Part shown: piece after piece, positions 42,004 through 50,592 of the stretch
Numbering within the stretch: position 1 is the stretch's first letter
Layout of the letters: each line of letters opens with the position of its first letter
Source of the DNA: Spirochaetia bacterium
Lineage (GTDB): Bacteria; Spirochaetota; Spirochaetia; SP-2023
Length of the DNA: 64,000 nt
Assembly: GCA_965225855.1 (NCBI GenBank)
Contig: CBDDCK010000005.1
Span: forward strand, 1,408,001 to 1,472,000
Direction of reading: 5' to 3'
Translations under genes and position numbers: made by a program
Notes under the pieces: generated by a model
Told to the model about the DNA's origin: nothing
What the model saw: the letters and a program-made list of their open reading frames with translations, nothing else
The model's database searches: none

Positions 42004-42266
42004 GATTGGCAACCTGGGGATTTTCCAACAAACCCGATCAACACTGTATTGTCAAAATTCTTTGCGTGAAGAGCCCCGACTAAATACCCAGAAGCCCATA
42101 TAGCCCAAGCTAAAGTACCCTAACACAAAAAAAGTACCCTAACACAAAAAAACTTACAAAAAGCCTTATAAAGGCCTTGACGCAACACCCCCCCTAGCAA
42201 AATAGGGATTTACACACTAGCCCGTATGGGTTGGTTAATCTTTATCCATTGTTGGAGGTATTGCTT

Positions 42267-44345
42267 ATGTATAAGCACAAACTATTTTTATTGCCATTAG
42301 CCTGGCTACTGGTCTTTATGGCCTTGGCCTGCGCACCACCCGATGACGATGATCGATCTTCTGGGCCTGCAATCACCAGTGCAAGCTACGACTTTGCTAC
42401 GGCGCTGTTAACCGTACAAGGTACTGACTTAAGTCCTACAGAAGCGCAAATCCAAACCATCGTAGTAGATGGCGTAGCCTTCAGTTCCTATACTGCAGAT
42501 GACCCAGCCACTGGGCCAGATAGTAGCGATCTTGCAAAAGGTAAGTACCGTATTGCAACCGATGGCACAAAGCTTTGGCTGAAACTTAAAGATCAACATA
42601 AAGCTGCTCTTGAGGCCAAGGTGGGTAGCAATGGTCTAAAAAAAGGGTTGCTTACTAGCTCTGGTGCTTGGGCGGGTTTAGATACAGCCAAAGACTTAAC
42701 CGTTAGCAATATACCCGATAAGCCATCTAAGCAAGCCGAACAAGCCGAACAAACCGAACAGCAGTCGCCTAAGCAAGCTAAAGTCGAACAAGCTGAACAA
42801 GCCAAACAAGCTGAACAAACCGAAGAAGTCGAAGATAAGCAGTCTAAGACCGAAACTGAAGATCAGTCGCTTAAGCTACCCGAAGCTGCAATTACCGGTG
42901 CAAGCTACAATGTTGGCACGGCGCTGCTAACTGTACAAGGTTCTAACTTAAATGCTACCAGTGCGACCCAAGCGCAAATCCAAACTATCACGGTAGCTGG
43001 CATAGCCTTCAGTTCCTATACTGCAGATGACCCAGCCACTGGGCCAGATAGTCGCAGTCTTGCAAAAGGTAAGTACCGCCTACATAGCGCTGGCACAGCG
43101 CTTTGGCTTTACCTTACCGATCAACATAAAACTACTCTGAATGGCAAGACAGGTATGGATAGCAATGGTCTAAAAGATGGGTTGCTTACTACTAGCACTG
43201 GTACTTGGGCGGGTTTAGATACAGCCAAAGGCTTGGCCGTTAGTGGAAACCCCGAAATCACCAGTGCAACCTACAATGTTGTTAAAGGCGTGTTAGTGAT
43301 TACAGGTGTCAATTTACCAAAAGCAGTTACAGGCTGGGACTTCACCCAATTGAGGTTTGTTGCAGGTGATGGTCGTAAGAGTCAACCATTATTACGGCAC
43401 AGACCAACCGGTATAAACAGTGCCAGAGGTTCTGCAGCAAGTGCAACAAGCTTAACGATTACTTTAAAGGGTAGTGAATACGATAAAGCCGAGGCTATAC
43501 TGGTTAAGAATGGTAAAAGTGATAATGATGGTGCATACAACCTGGAAGCAGCAGCAGGATTTGCAGGTGGTAGCGCAGCAGACACAAGCAATAACCCTAT
43601 TACCGTTAGTGGCTATGTAGGTTTTATCAAAGACTTATACTACAATGTTGGTACAGGCGTGTTATTTATTCAGGGTAATAATTTACCGAGAGCAGTTGCA
43701 GACTGGGACTTTAGCAAATTGACGCTTGTATCCGGTGATGGTCGTAAGAGATACACATTACCCCAGCACGCAACCGCAGGTGAAAACAAAGCCACAGGTT
43801 CTTTAGCAAGTAGAGTCGGCTTAAGGATTACTTTAAGCGGTAGTGTAAAAGCGGAAGCCGAGAAGATACTGGTTAAGGATGGTCAAAGTGATGATAATGG
43901 TGCATACAACCTGGAAGCAGCAGCAGGATTTGCAGGTTATAGCGCTGAAGACACAAGCAACCCTATTACCGTTAGTGGCTATGTAATCTATCTCGACTAC
44001 GTATCATACAGAGCTAATAAAGGCCATTTATATATTAGTGGTAACAGGTTACCGACAGCAGTTGCAGACTGGGACTTTAGCAAATTGACGCTTGTATCCG
44101 GTGATGGTAAGAAGAAATATAAATTACCCCAGCACGCAATAGGTGAAAACACAGCCACAGGTTCTAGTGCAGGTGTAATCTACTTATTGATTATTTTAAG
44201 CGGTAGTGTAAAAGCGGAAGCCGAGAAGATACTGGTTAAGAATGGTTATAGTGATAATAATGGTGCATATAACCTGGAAGCAGCAGCAGGATTTGTACCT
44301 GGTAGTCTAGCAGACCCAACAACTAAGATTTTGGTTGGTAAGTAG
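42267..44345 (+). CDS. Surface lipoprotein B with tandem Ig/IPT-like repeats
   Basis: GGAGG RBS; lipobox ALAC; two type-1 and three type-2 repeats; paralog of 19656-21419. Confidence 0.87.
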   Translation: MYKHKLFLLPLAWLLVFMALACAPPDDDDRSSGPAITSASYDFATALLTVQGTDLSPTEAQIQTIVVDGVAFSSYTADDPATGPDSSDLAKGKYRIATDGTKLWLKLKDQHKAALEAKVGSNGLKKGLLTSSGAWAGLDTAKDLTVSNIPDKPSKQAEQAEQTEQQSPKQAKVEQAEQAKQAEQTEEVEDKQSKTETEDQSLKLPEAAITGASYNVGTALLTVQGSNLNATSATQAQIQTITVAGIAFSSYTADDPATGPDSRSLAKGKYRLHSAGTALWLYLTDQHKTTLNGKTGMDSNGLKDGLLTTSTGTWAGLDTAKGLAVSGNPEITSATYNVVKGVLVITGVNLPKAVTGWDFTQLRFVAGDGRKSQPLLRHRPTGINSARGSAASATSLTITLKGSEYDKAEAILVKNGKSDNDGAYNLEAAAGFAGGSAADTSNNPITVSGYVGFIKDLYYNVGTGVLFIQGNNLPRAVADWDFSKLTLVSGDGRKRYTLPQHATAGENKATGSLASRVGLRITLSGSVKAEAEKILVKDGQSDDNGAYNLEAAAGFAGYSAEDTSNPITVSGYVIYLDYVSYRANKGHLYISGNRLPTAVADWDFSKLTLVSGDGKKKYKLPQHAIGENTATGSSAGVIYLLIILSGSVKAEAEKILVKNGYSDNNGAYNLEAAAGFVPGSLADPTTKILVGK

Positions 44346-44496
44346 GGTTTGGTTTAACCTTGCTTGCCCAATAGCTCTTATAGCAGCTAAGTGAAAGCTA
44401 GCGGGCAGGCCAACCAAGTAAATGCTGTAAGCAATGCTTGGTTGGCTTTTTTGTTGGGCTATTAGGCTGTATCTTGTTGTTGCAACGCTTGCATTG

Positions 44497-44690
44497 GCCA
44501 ATTATAGCCTTGGTAAGTTTTTTTATCGTGGTTGCTTTTGCCAATTATAGCCTTGGTATGGAGAAAATACCAAGGCTATAAATTTTTTTATTAAGGCTGT
44601 AAATTTTTTTATTAAGGCTGCTTTTGCCAATTATAGCCTTGGTAAATTTTTTTATCAAGGTTGCTTTTGCCAATTCCAGCCTTGGTATGT
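44497..44690. repeat. ~43-bp-period repeat with an inverted copy
   Basis: GCCAATTATAGCCTTGGTA at 44497, 44540, 44626 and (variant) 44669; inverted TACCAAGGCTATA at ~44568. Confidence 0.85.
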
Positions 44691-44720
44691 AGAAAAAATC
44701 GAGTTATCACGTCCTGCATC

Positions 44721-44786
44721 AGTTAGGCTAATACTGCGGTTGCCACAGTCAATCACGCCTATATTTATCATTGGTCATTCTCCTAT
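44721..44786. repeat. 66-bp direct repeat, right copy
   Basis: Matches 33010-33075 with one mismatch. Confidence 0.92.
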
Positions 44787-44940
44787 GCATAGTAAATTAC
44801 TTTATATATTATGTATTTCGGTAATTAACATTTGGATTATTAGTGTAACGGTGCACGAAAAATGAAACGCCCTTCAAAAGTCTAAACAACAAAAAATCCC
44901 CAGTGTGAAAACGGGGCTAAATATAAAATAGCAAGGTTAT

Positions 44941-45864
44941 TTAGTTTATATATTTTATTTTTCTTAAACTATGTTCTAATAATACATACTGAATTATGCC
45001 CATTTGCGTTTTGGCGTCTTGGGACGTTTTATTGTCAATTTTGAGTAGTGTTATTAGTGCCTTCCACAAACACCAACCACGCGCTCGCGCCCATGTATTA
45101 TCATCCAAATTAATATGCTGTTTGAATATTTCCCGGCTTTTCTGATTTAAAAATGTCCAGGCAATAACTAGATCGCAGGCGGGATCGCCAACCCCCATAC
45201 AGCCAAAATCAATTACCGCCACCAAACGACCGTCTCTCACAAGAATATTACCTACACTAAAATCTCCATGTAGCCAGACAGGAGAGTTAGTCCATTTTGA
45301 GCTGATTGCTGCGTTCCAAGTTGCTGTTGCCATGCTTTGGTCAACAACATCTCCTAATTTAGAGATGAGCTGTCTGGTTTCTGCATCGTAGGTATTGAGC
45401 GGACCGCCACGATAAAAATTATGAGGGCCTGCGAGTGGGGCACCAGATGTGCCGATTCTATAAAGCTGTTTTAAAAAATAGGCACAATCTTGAGCAAATT
45501 TAGGGTAATCTTGTTCTCTTAAAGAATCTGCATTTTCGCCTTTTATCCAGTTATATATTGACCAATTCCATGGATATATTTTTGATGGCTCGCCCATCGC
45601 TACAGGTTTTGGGATTGGGTAGGGTAAATGTGGTGCCAGTTGAGGTAGCCATTCTTGTTCTCTTTTAACTTGTGCAGCATAACTCTCTGCGCTGGGCAGT
45701 CTCACCAACATTTCATCTCCCAAGTGAAATGTCCGGTTATCCCAGCCGCTTTTCTTGACAGGCTGGATTGTCAAGTCTGCCCATTTTGGGAATTGCTGTT
45801 GTATGAGGGTTTTAACCAGATTTGTAGTGATTTCAGGCGTTTTATCATTAGCATCTAAAGTCAT
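44941..45864 (-). CDS. Aminoglycoside phosphotransferase (APH/choline kinase) family protein
   Basis: SGWDNRTFHLG, WLHGDFSVGN, VIDFG, GDPACDL. Confidence 0.9.
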   Translation of the reverse strand: MTLDANDKTPEITTNLVKTLIQQQFPKWADLTIQPVKKSGWDNRTFHLGDEMLVRLPSAESYAAQVKREQEWLPQLAPHLPYPIPKPVAMGEPSKIYPWNWSIYNWIKGENADSLREQDYPKFAQDCAYFLKQLYRIGTSGAPLAGPHNFYRGGPLNTYDAETRQLISKLGDVVDQSMATATWNAAISSKWTNSPVWLHGDFSVGNILVRDGRLVAVIDFGCMGVGDPACDLVIAWTFLNQKSREIFKQHINLDDNTWARARGWCLWKALITLLKIDNKTSQDAKTQMGIIQYVLLEHSLRKIKYIN

Positions 45865-45886
45865 TTTTATTTTATGGGAATAAGCT

Positions 45887-46846
45887 CTATTCCTTAACTC
45901 CTCCGGCGGCTACACCAGATACCAGGTGCCGCTGGAATATCATAAATACCGTAATAATTGGCAAAGAAGAAAGTAAAGATGCTGCCATAATGCGATCCCA
46001 AATGGCATTTTTACTGGTAAAAAGTTCTTTTAATCCTAGGGGGATAGTTTTAATCTCCGGATAAGATTTAAGAAAAACAGAGGCAAATAAATATTCATTC
46101 CAGGCAATCATAAAGCAGTAGATATACACTGTCGTAATGGCGGTAATCGAAAGCGGGATAATAATTTTTATCACAATGGCCAGGCGACTACAGCCGTCCA
46201 TCGCAGCCGATTCTTCAATAGAAAAAGGTATTGTACGAAAGTAATTGCCAAGCATATACAACGCTACCGGTAAAGTTAAAACTACATAAATTAAAATAAG
46301 AGAAAAAGAAGTCCCAACTTCCTTGTTAAGCAAACCGGCTTGAACCGCAAGTGTGTATAAAGGAATAACTAATAAAGTGCCACCAAACATATAGACAAAT
46401 AAAACCCCTCTCTGTACTAGCCCTCGTCCCGGATAGCGCAAGCGAGAGAAAGAATAAGCCCCTAAAACGGCTATGAGCAAAGTAATCAATGCGGCTAAAG
46501 AAGAGTAGATAAATGAATTGCCCAAAAACTTATAAAAAGGGAACACATGCTTAGAAGAGCGAAACTTTTGTAATATAGCTTGCCGTTGCTCTTTGGAAAG
46601 TTTAGGGTTTTCTAAAACCTTTTGAATGCTTTTGGGTAATGCCTTTTGCTTAGAAGTCAAGTTAAGAATGTCTTTATAAGCGGTCCAGTTGATCCTTTGG
46701 GGGATTAAGCTGGGATTCCCCCAGTCTTGAGGGTACTTTAATGAGGTAGAAAGCATCTGTATAAAGGGGAACAAGGAAGAGGCGACAATAAACAAGATAA
46801 AAGTATAAAAGCCAAACGAACGCAGAAGGGATTTCCTTTTTACCAT
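45887..46846 (-). CDS. Carbohydrate ABC permease (YcjP-like)
   Basis: IEESAAMDGC, AWNEYLFASVFL, W..IMAAS. Confidence 0.9.
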   Translation of the reverse strand: MVKRKSLLRSFGFYTFILFIVASSLFPFIQMLSTSLKYPQDWGNPSLIPQRINWTAYKDILNLTSKQKALPKSIQKVLENPKLSKEQRQAILQKFRSSKHVFPFYKFLGNSFIYSSLAALITLLIAVLGAYSFSRLRYPGRGLVQRGVLFVYMFGGTLLVIPLYTLAVQAGLLNKEVGTSFSLILIYVVLTLPVALYMLGNYFRTIPFSIEESAAMDGCSRLAIVIKIIIPLSITAITTVYIYCFMIAWNEYLFASVFLKSYPEIKTIPLGLKELFTSKNAIWDRIMAASLLSSLPIITVFMIFQRHLVSGVAAGGVKE

Positions 46847-47700
46847 TTGAGAACCTTCTTGACATAAATAAGTATTAAGCCCAAGATCAATAAGAATTGA
46901 ACGATAGCAATTGCTGCCCCTTGGCCGATCTGCGGCAAGCCGGTAAACACCTTGATATAAGAATAGACCGGAATAACTTTCACACTGGGAGTTAGCAGAA
47001 AGACTTCTTCAAACTTGTTAAAGTTCCATATAAAACGCAATAGGATAATAGAGCCAACTAAGAAGAAAATCTCGGGCAGGGTGATGGTAAAGAAGCGGCG
47101 GAAACCGACACAACCATCTATTTCCGCCGCTTCATATAACGTCTGATCGATAGCCTGCAAGCGGGCTAGTACCATTAGGTAGGTAAAGGGAAAGTTTTTC
47201 CAAATACTAAATAGTACAGCCACCCAAAGTGAGTTTTGCGGGTCATTGATTAAATTGATACGAGCGTTGAGAATACCTAGCTTTTCATAGAATAGGTCTA
47301 TAAATGCCCCGTTGACCGGATCAAATAGAAATTGCCAAGCAAACACTACCGATATAACCGGTGCAACATAGGGTAAAAGAATAATGCTGCGTACTATACC
47401 TCTGGCAGGGAAATGCCGATTCATAGCCAAAGCAACGGCTATACCCCATACGGTTGTCCCCAATGTAGTGGCAATAACATAAAAAGTAGAAGTTGCCACC
47501 GATTGCCAGAACGAGGAATCGCCTAATACCCGGGAAATATTGCGCATTCCAATAAAGGTGCTAGTACCGCTTAGCTTTACATCAAATACCGCCAAATATA
47601 AATTATACAGAATGGGATAGAATATTAACAATGCAATTAACAGTACCGAAGGCATAATATAACACAAGCCTTGCCTTGCTTCCTGTTGTAATGCTGTCAT
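46840..47700 (-). CDS. Carbohydrate ABC permease (YcjO-like)
   Basis: LYEAAEIDG, ITLPE, YVAPVIS.VFAW. Confidence 0.9.
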   Translation of the reverse strand: MTALQQEARQGLCYIMPSVLLIALLIFYPILYNLYLAVFDVKLSGTSTFIGMRNISRVLGDSSFWQSVATSTFYVIATTLGTTVWGIAVALAMNRHFPARGIVRSIILLPYVAPVISVVFAWQFLFDPVNGAFIDLFYEKLGILNARINLINDPQNSLWVAVLFSIWKNFPFTYLMVLARLQAIDQTLYEAAEIDGCVGFRRFFTITLPEIFFLVGSIILLRFIWNFNKFEEVFLLTPSVKVIPVYSYIKVFTGLPQIGQGAAIAIVQFLLILGLILIYVKKVLKW

Positions 47701-47727
47701 ACTCTAACCCTTAATCGGCAACTACCT

Positions 47728-49176
47728 TTAATTTAATGCGTTAATTTCGTTCTCGGCCCAAACCAAGGCTTCATCAATCGGCATATCCTCGTGTACTACC
47801 TTATAAATCATCTGCGGAATAATCTTTTTGGAATACACGACACTGGCTAGTTCATACCGCTTACCATCGACAATACCAAAAGATTTAATGTTATCGAAAC
47901 CTTGGTTTAGGGCTAGAATCTTATCCTGCCCATAGCGCTGGTAAACCCCTTTAGGGTCATTTAGAAAATCGGCATCTTGTGAGATGGACTTGATGGTAGG
48001 CAACATACCACCCACAGCAATATGTAAGAACGAAATATAATTATCCTTTTCAAATAGGTATTCTACAAACTGCTTGCTGGTATCGACTACCTTACTATCG
48101 CTGTTGTTAAAGATAGAGAGCCCACTGATAGCCCCAAAGGAAGACTCTGCCTTATTAGTTAATAAGGGCTCTGCTTTGGTATTTTGAACCAGTTCCGGGT
48201 CAAAGGAAGCGCCTTCTAAGTTTTCAAAGTTTTCATTGGTCAAAGAACCCTTAGCCACATCTTCCAAAGCTAGGTCATCCATAATATAGGTCGAATAAAA
48301 GAACATGGCCATTTTACCCTGCAGGTAATAGTCGCGTCCGCGCCATGTTTGCGGGCCGGGAGGCGTATACTTGGCCAGTTGAGCATAGTATTCCAGTGCT
48401 TCGCGCATAGCGGGAGAATTAAAGATTACATTCCCATCGCCATCGAGCATAAAGGCGTTATTAGACATGGCAATAGGCGTAAAGCACTGTTCATCATACG
48501 ATTCGGTTTCCATCGTACCAACCAATATACCGTATTGATTCTTTTTCGTATCGGTAAAATACTCGGCTGCTCTTTGGACATTTTCCCAAGTGTTTGGTAC
48601 TTCCAACCCGGCTTCTCTAAACCAATCGGAGCGATACCAAATAGCCTGAATCATACCATGAAAGGGAATACCATCATACTGGTTTTTAGAGTTGCGGAAT
48701 AACCTAAGAGCCCCTTGATAGAAATTTTCTTCTTCAATACTGTTGATAATTTGTTGATGAGCATTGGTATTTAATAAGCCCTCACTGCCTATCGCAATCG
48801 CTGACTCGGCATCCATCTCGGTTACACCGGGCAATGTATCGGTATTTGCTGCGGTTAAAATCTGTAAAGTCATCTCCTGCTCGTCTACGGGCACTACCGA
48901 AATATTCTGTTCGGGGTTTAGCGTATTGTAGGTATCCACCAGCACATTGATAATAGCCATGCGGTCGCTCTGCGTTTGGCGAGTCCAAAACTCTACTTCA
49001 TTGCTAGCCGCTTGTTCCGGTTGAAGAGTAGGTGCTTGCCCATCTCCGCCGGCTTTATTGCTTTTACTGCAAGCCAAGCCAATAACGCTAAGCCCCACTA
49101 AAAACAATATAAATGCTGCCTTTCTATTAAATAAAGGCAAAATAGAAAAACCTTTTTTGGTATACGCTATACTCAT
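47728..49176 (-). CDS. Sugar ABC substrate-binding lipoprotein (YcjN-like)
   Basis: Lipobox GLAC; LAKYTPPG, GKMAMFFYSTYI; start MSIAY after AAGGAG. Confidence 0.88.
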   Translation of the reverse strand: MSIAYTKKGFSILPLFNRKAAFILFLVGLSVIGLACSKSNKAGGDGQAPTLQPEQAASNEVEFWTRQTQSDRMAIINVLVDTYNTLNPEQNISVVPVDEQEMTLQILTAANTDTLPGVTEMDAESAIAIGSEGLLNTNAHQQIINSIEEENFYQGALRLFRNSKNQYDGIPFHGMIQAIWYRSDWFREAGLEVPNTWENVQRAAEYFTDTKKNQYGILVGTMETESYDEQCFTPIAMSNNAFMLDGDGNVIFNSPAMREALEYYAQLAKYTPPGPQTWRGRDYYLQGKMAMFFYSTYIMDDLALEDVAKGSLTNENFENLEGASFDPELVQNTKAEPLLTNKAESSFGAISGLSIFNNSDSKVVDTSKQFVEYLFEKDNYISFLHIAVGGMLPTIKSISQDADFLNDPKGVYQRYGQDKILALNQGFDNIKSFGIVDGKRYELASVVYSKKIIPQMIYKVVHEDMPIDEALVWAENEINALN

Positions 49177-49360
49177 GGTTTTACTCCTTAATATTATAAT
49201 AACTACCAATAAATTTGGAAGCACAATTTAAAGCCATTAGCTTATACACGGATAACAAACCCAACACCAAAGCACCAGCAGCAACCATAGGCCTTGTGTT
49301 GGGCTTGCAAAGTGCAATTTGGCACATCGGCCCTTTGGCTTGCTTGGCTTGTGTTTAGGC

Positions 49361-49891
49361 TTATCGTGTAAATAAAGCTGAAACCGAGTCTAAGTCTCTA
49401 TAAACCGAGTCTAAGTTTTTTGAAACCGAGTCTAAGTTTTTTGAAGCCGAGTCGAAGGCTTTTGAAACCGAGTCGAAGTCTCTATAAACCCGATCTAAGT
49501 CTCTATAAACCGAGTCTAAGGCTCTATAAACCGAGTATAAGTCTTTTGAAGCCGAGTCTAAGGCTCTATAAATCCGATCTAAGGCTCTATAAACCAATTT
49601 TAAGTCTCCATAAGCCAATTCTAAGTCTGTATAAGCCAACTGTAAGGCTAAAGGAAACGAGTCTAAGTCTTTTGAAGCCGATTTTAAGTCTCTATAAACC
49701 GAGTCTAAGTCTCTATAAACCGAATATAAGTCTTTTGAAGCCGAGTTTAAGTCTCTATAAACCGAGTCTAAGGCTTTTGAAGCCGCCGAGTCTAAACCAT
49801 TTGAAGCCGATAAACCGACTGAAAACGAAAAGCTATCGGTTGGGATTGGTTGCCATAAGTTTAGCAAAAGTAAAAAAATAAAGATTTTCAT
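49361..49891 (-). CDS. Putative secreted heptad-repeat protein encoded by a 21-bp minisatellite
   Basis: Hydrophobic N-terminus then ~20 heptads LDSVYRD/LDSASKD; DNA unit AAACCGAGTCTAAGTCTCTAT. Confidence 0.55.
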   Translation of the reverse strand: MKIFIFLLLLNLWQPIPTDSFSFSVGLSASNGLDSAASKALDSVYRDLNSASKDLYSVYRDLDSVYRDLKSASKDLDSFPLALQLAYTDLELAYGDLKLVYRALDRIYRALDSASKDLYSVYRALDSVYRDLDRVYRDFDSVSKAFDSASKNLDSVSKNLDSVYRDLDSVSALFTR

Positions 49892-50433
49892 TTTATTATC
49901 TTATCGGCCTATAGAATCTAAAACTTTAGAATCAATAGCAGAAATTCATATATTGGGCCATCGGTTGGGCCTTGTGTTGGTTGTGCTTTAAAGTTTAGGC
50001 ATAAAGCCGATAATATAAGCAGCACAAACTTTTTAGCATAGGTACAAAAACATTAGTAGACATAATCATACTTATAAGCAGTGGAATTATTACTATATAC
50101 AAAGTCTCTAATTATATATATATCTAAATACTTTAGCTTGGTAGAATAAATAAAAGTTGATTGTATTGCAAATTTAGAATTTGGTCTAAGCCCGTGTACG
50201 AGTAGGGTTTATTATTGCCATAATATACAGAATTTCTTTTCAGATGGATATACATAATCTTAGTTTGCTATAAGGGCAAATAATAAAAATTTGCAAAGCT
50301 ATACTTAGCTATTCCAAGCCCCCTGCCATAACCTATTAAGATATTCTGGTATCCATAGAAACTTTGGCCAAACTACTTAATAGGATTGAACCAAACTATA
50401 TAATAGAATGGCCTCGTACCTATGAATAGCTTG

Positions 50434-50484
50434 GAGCAAAACTATATAATAGCATTGAGCCCAAGCTATTATATAGTTTTGCTC
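50434..50484. repeat. Perfect 20-bp-stem hairpin
   Basis: GAGCAAAACTATATAATAGC-11 nt-GCTATTATATAGTTTTGCTC. Confidence 0.85.
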
Positions 50485-50592
50485 GATTGTAGTAATACCT
50501 ATGCCCATTAGCTATTTTTAGCAATTTTATTTTGTTGCCTATTAAGGCGTTACCATAATATACAGAATTTCTTTTTAGCTACATATAGAAAC

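Noticed and set aside
19656..44345. Diversity-generating retroelement acting on the lipoproteins
   Set aside because: No reverse transcriptase or template repeat is visible, and differences include indels and are not evidently adenine-restricted; cannot be excluded genome-wide
44941..45864. Bona fide aminoglycoside resistance gene
   Set aside because: Belongs to the broad APH/kinase family; no specific resistance allele recognised
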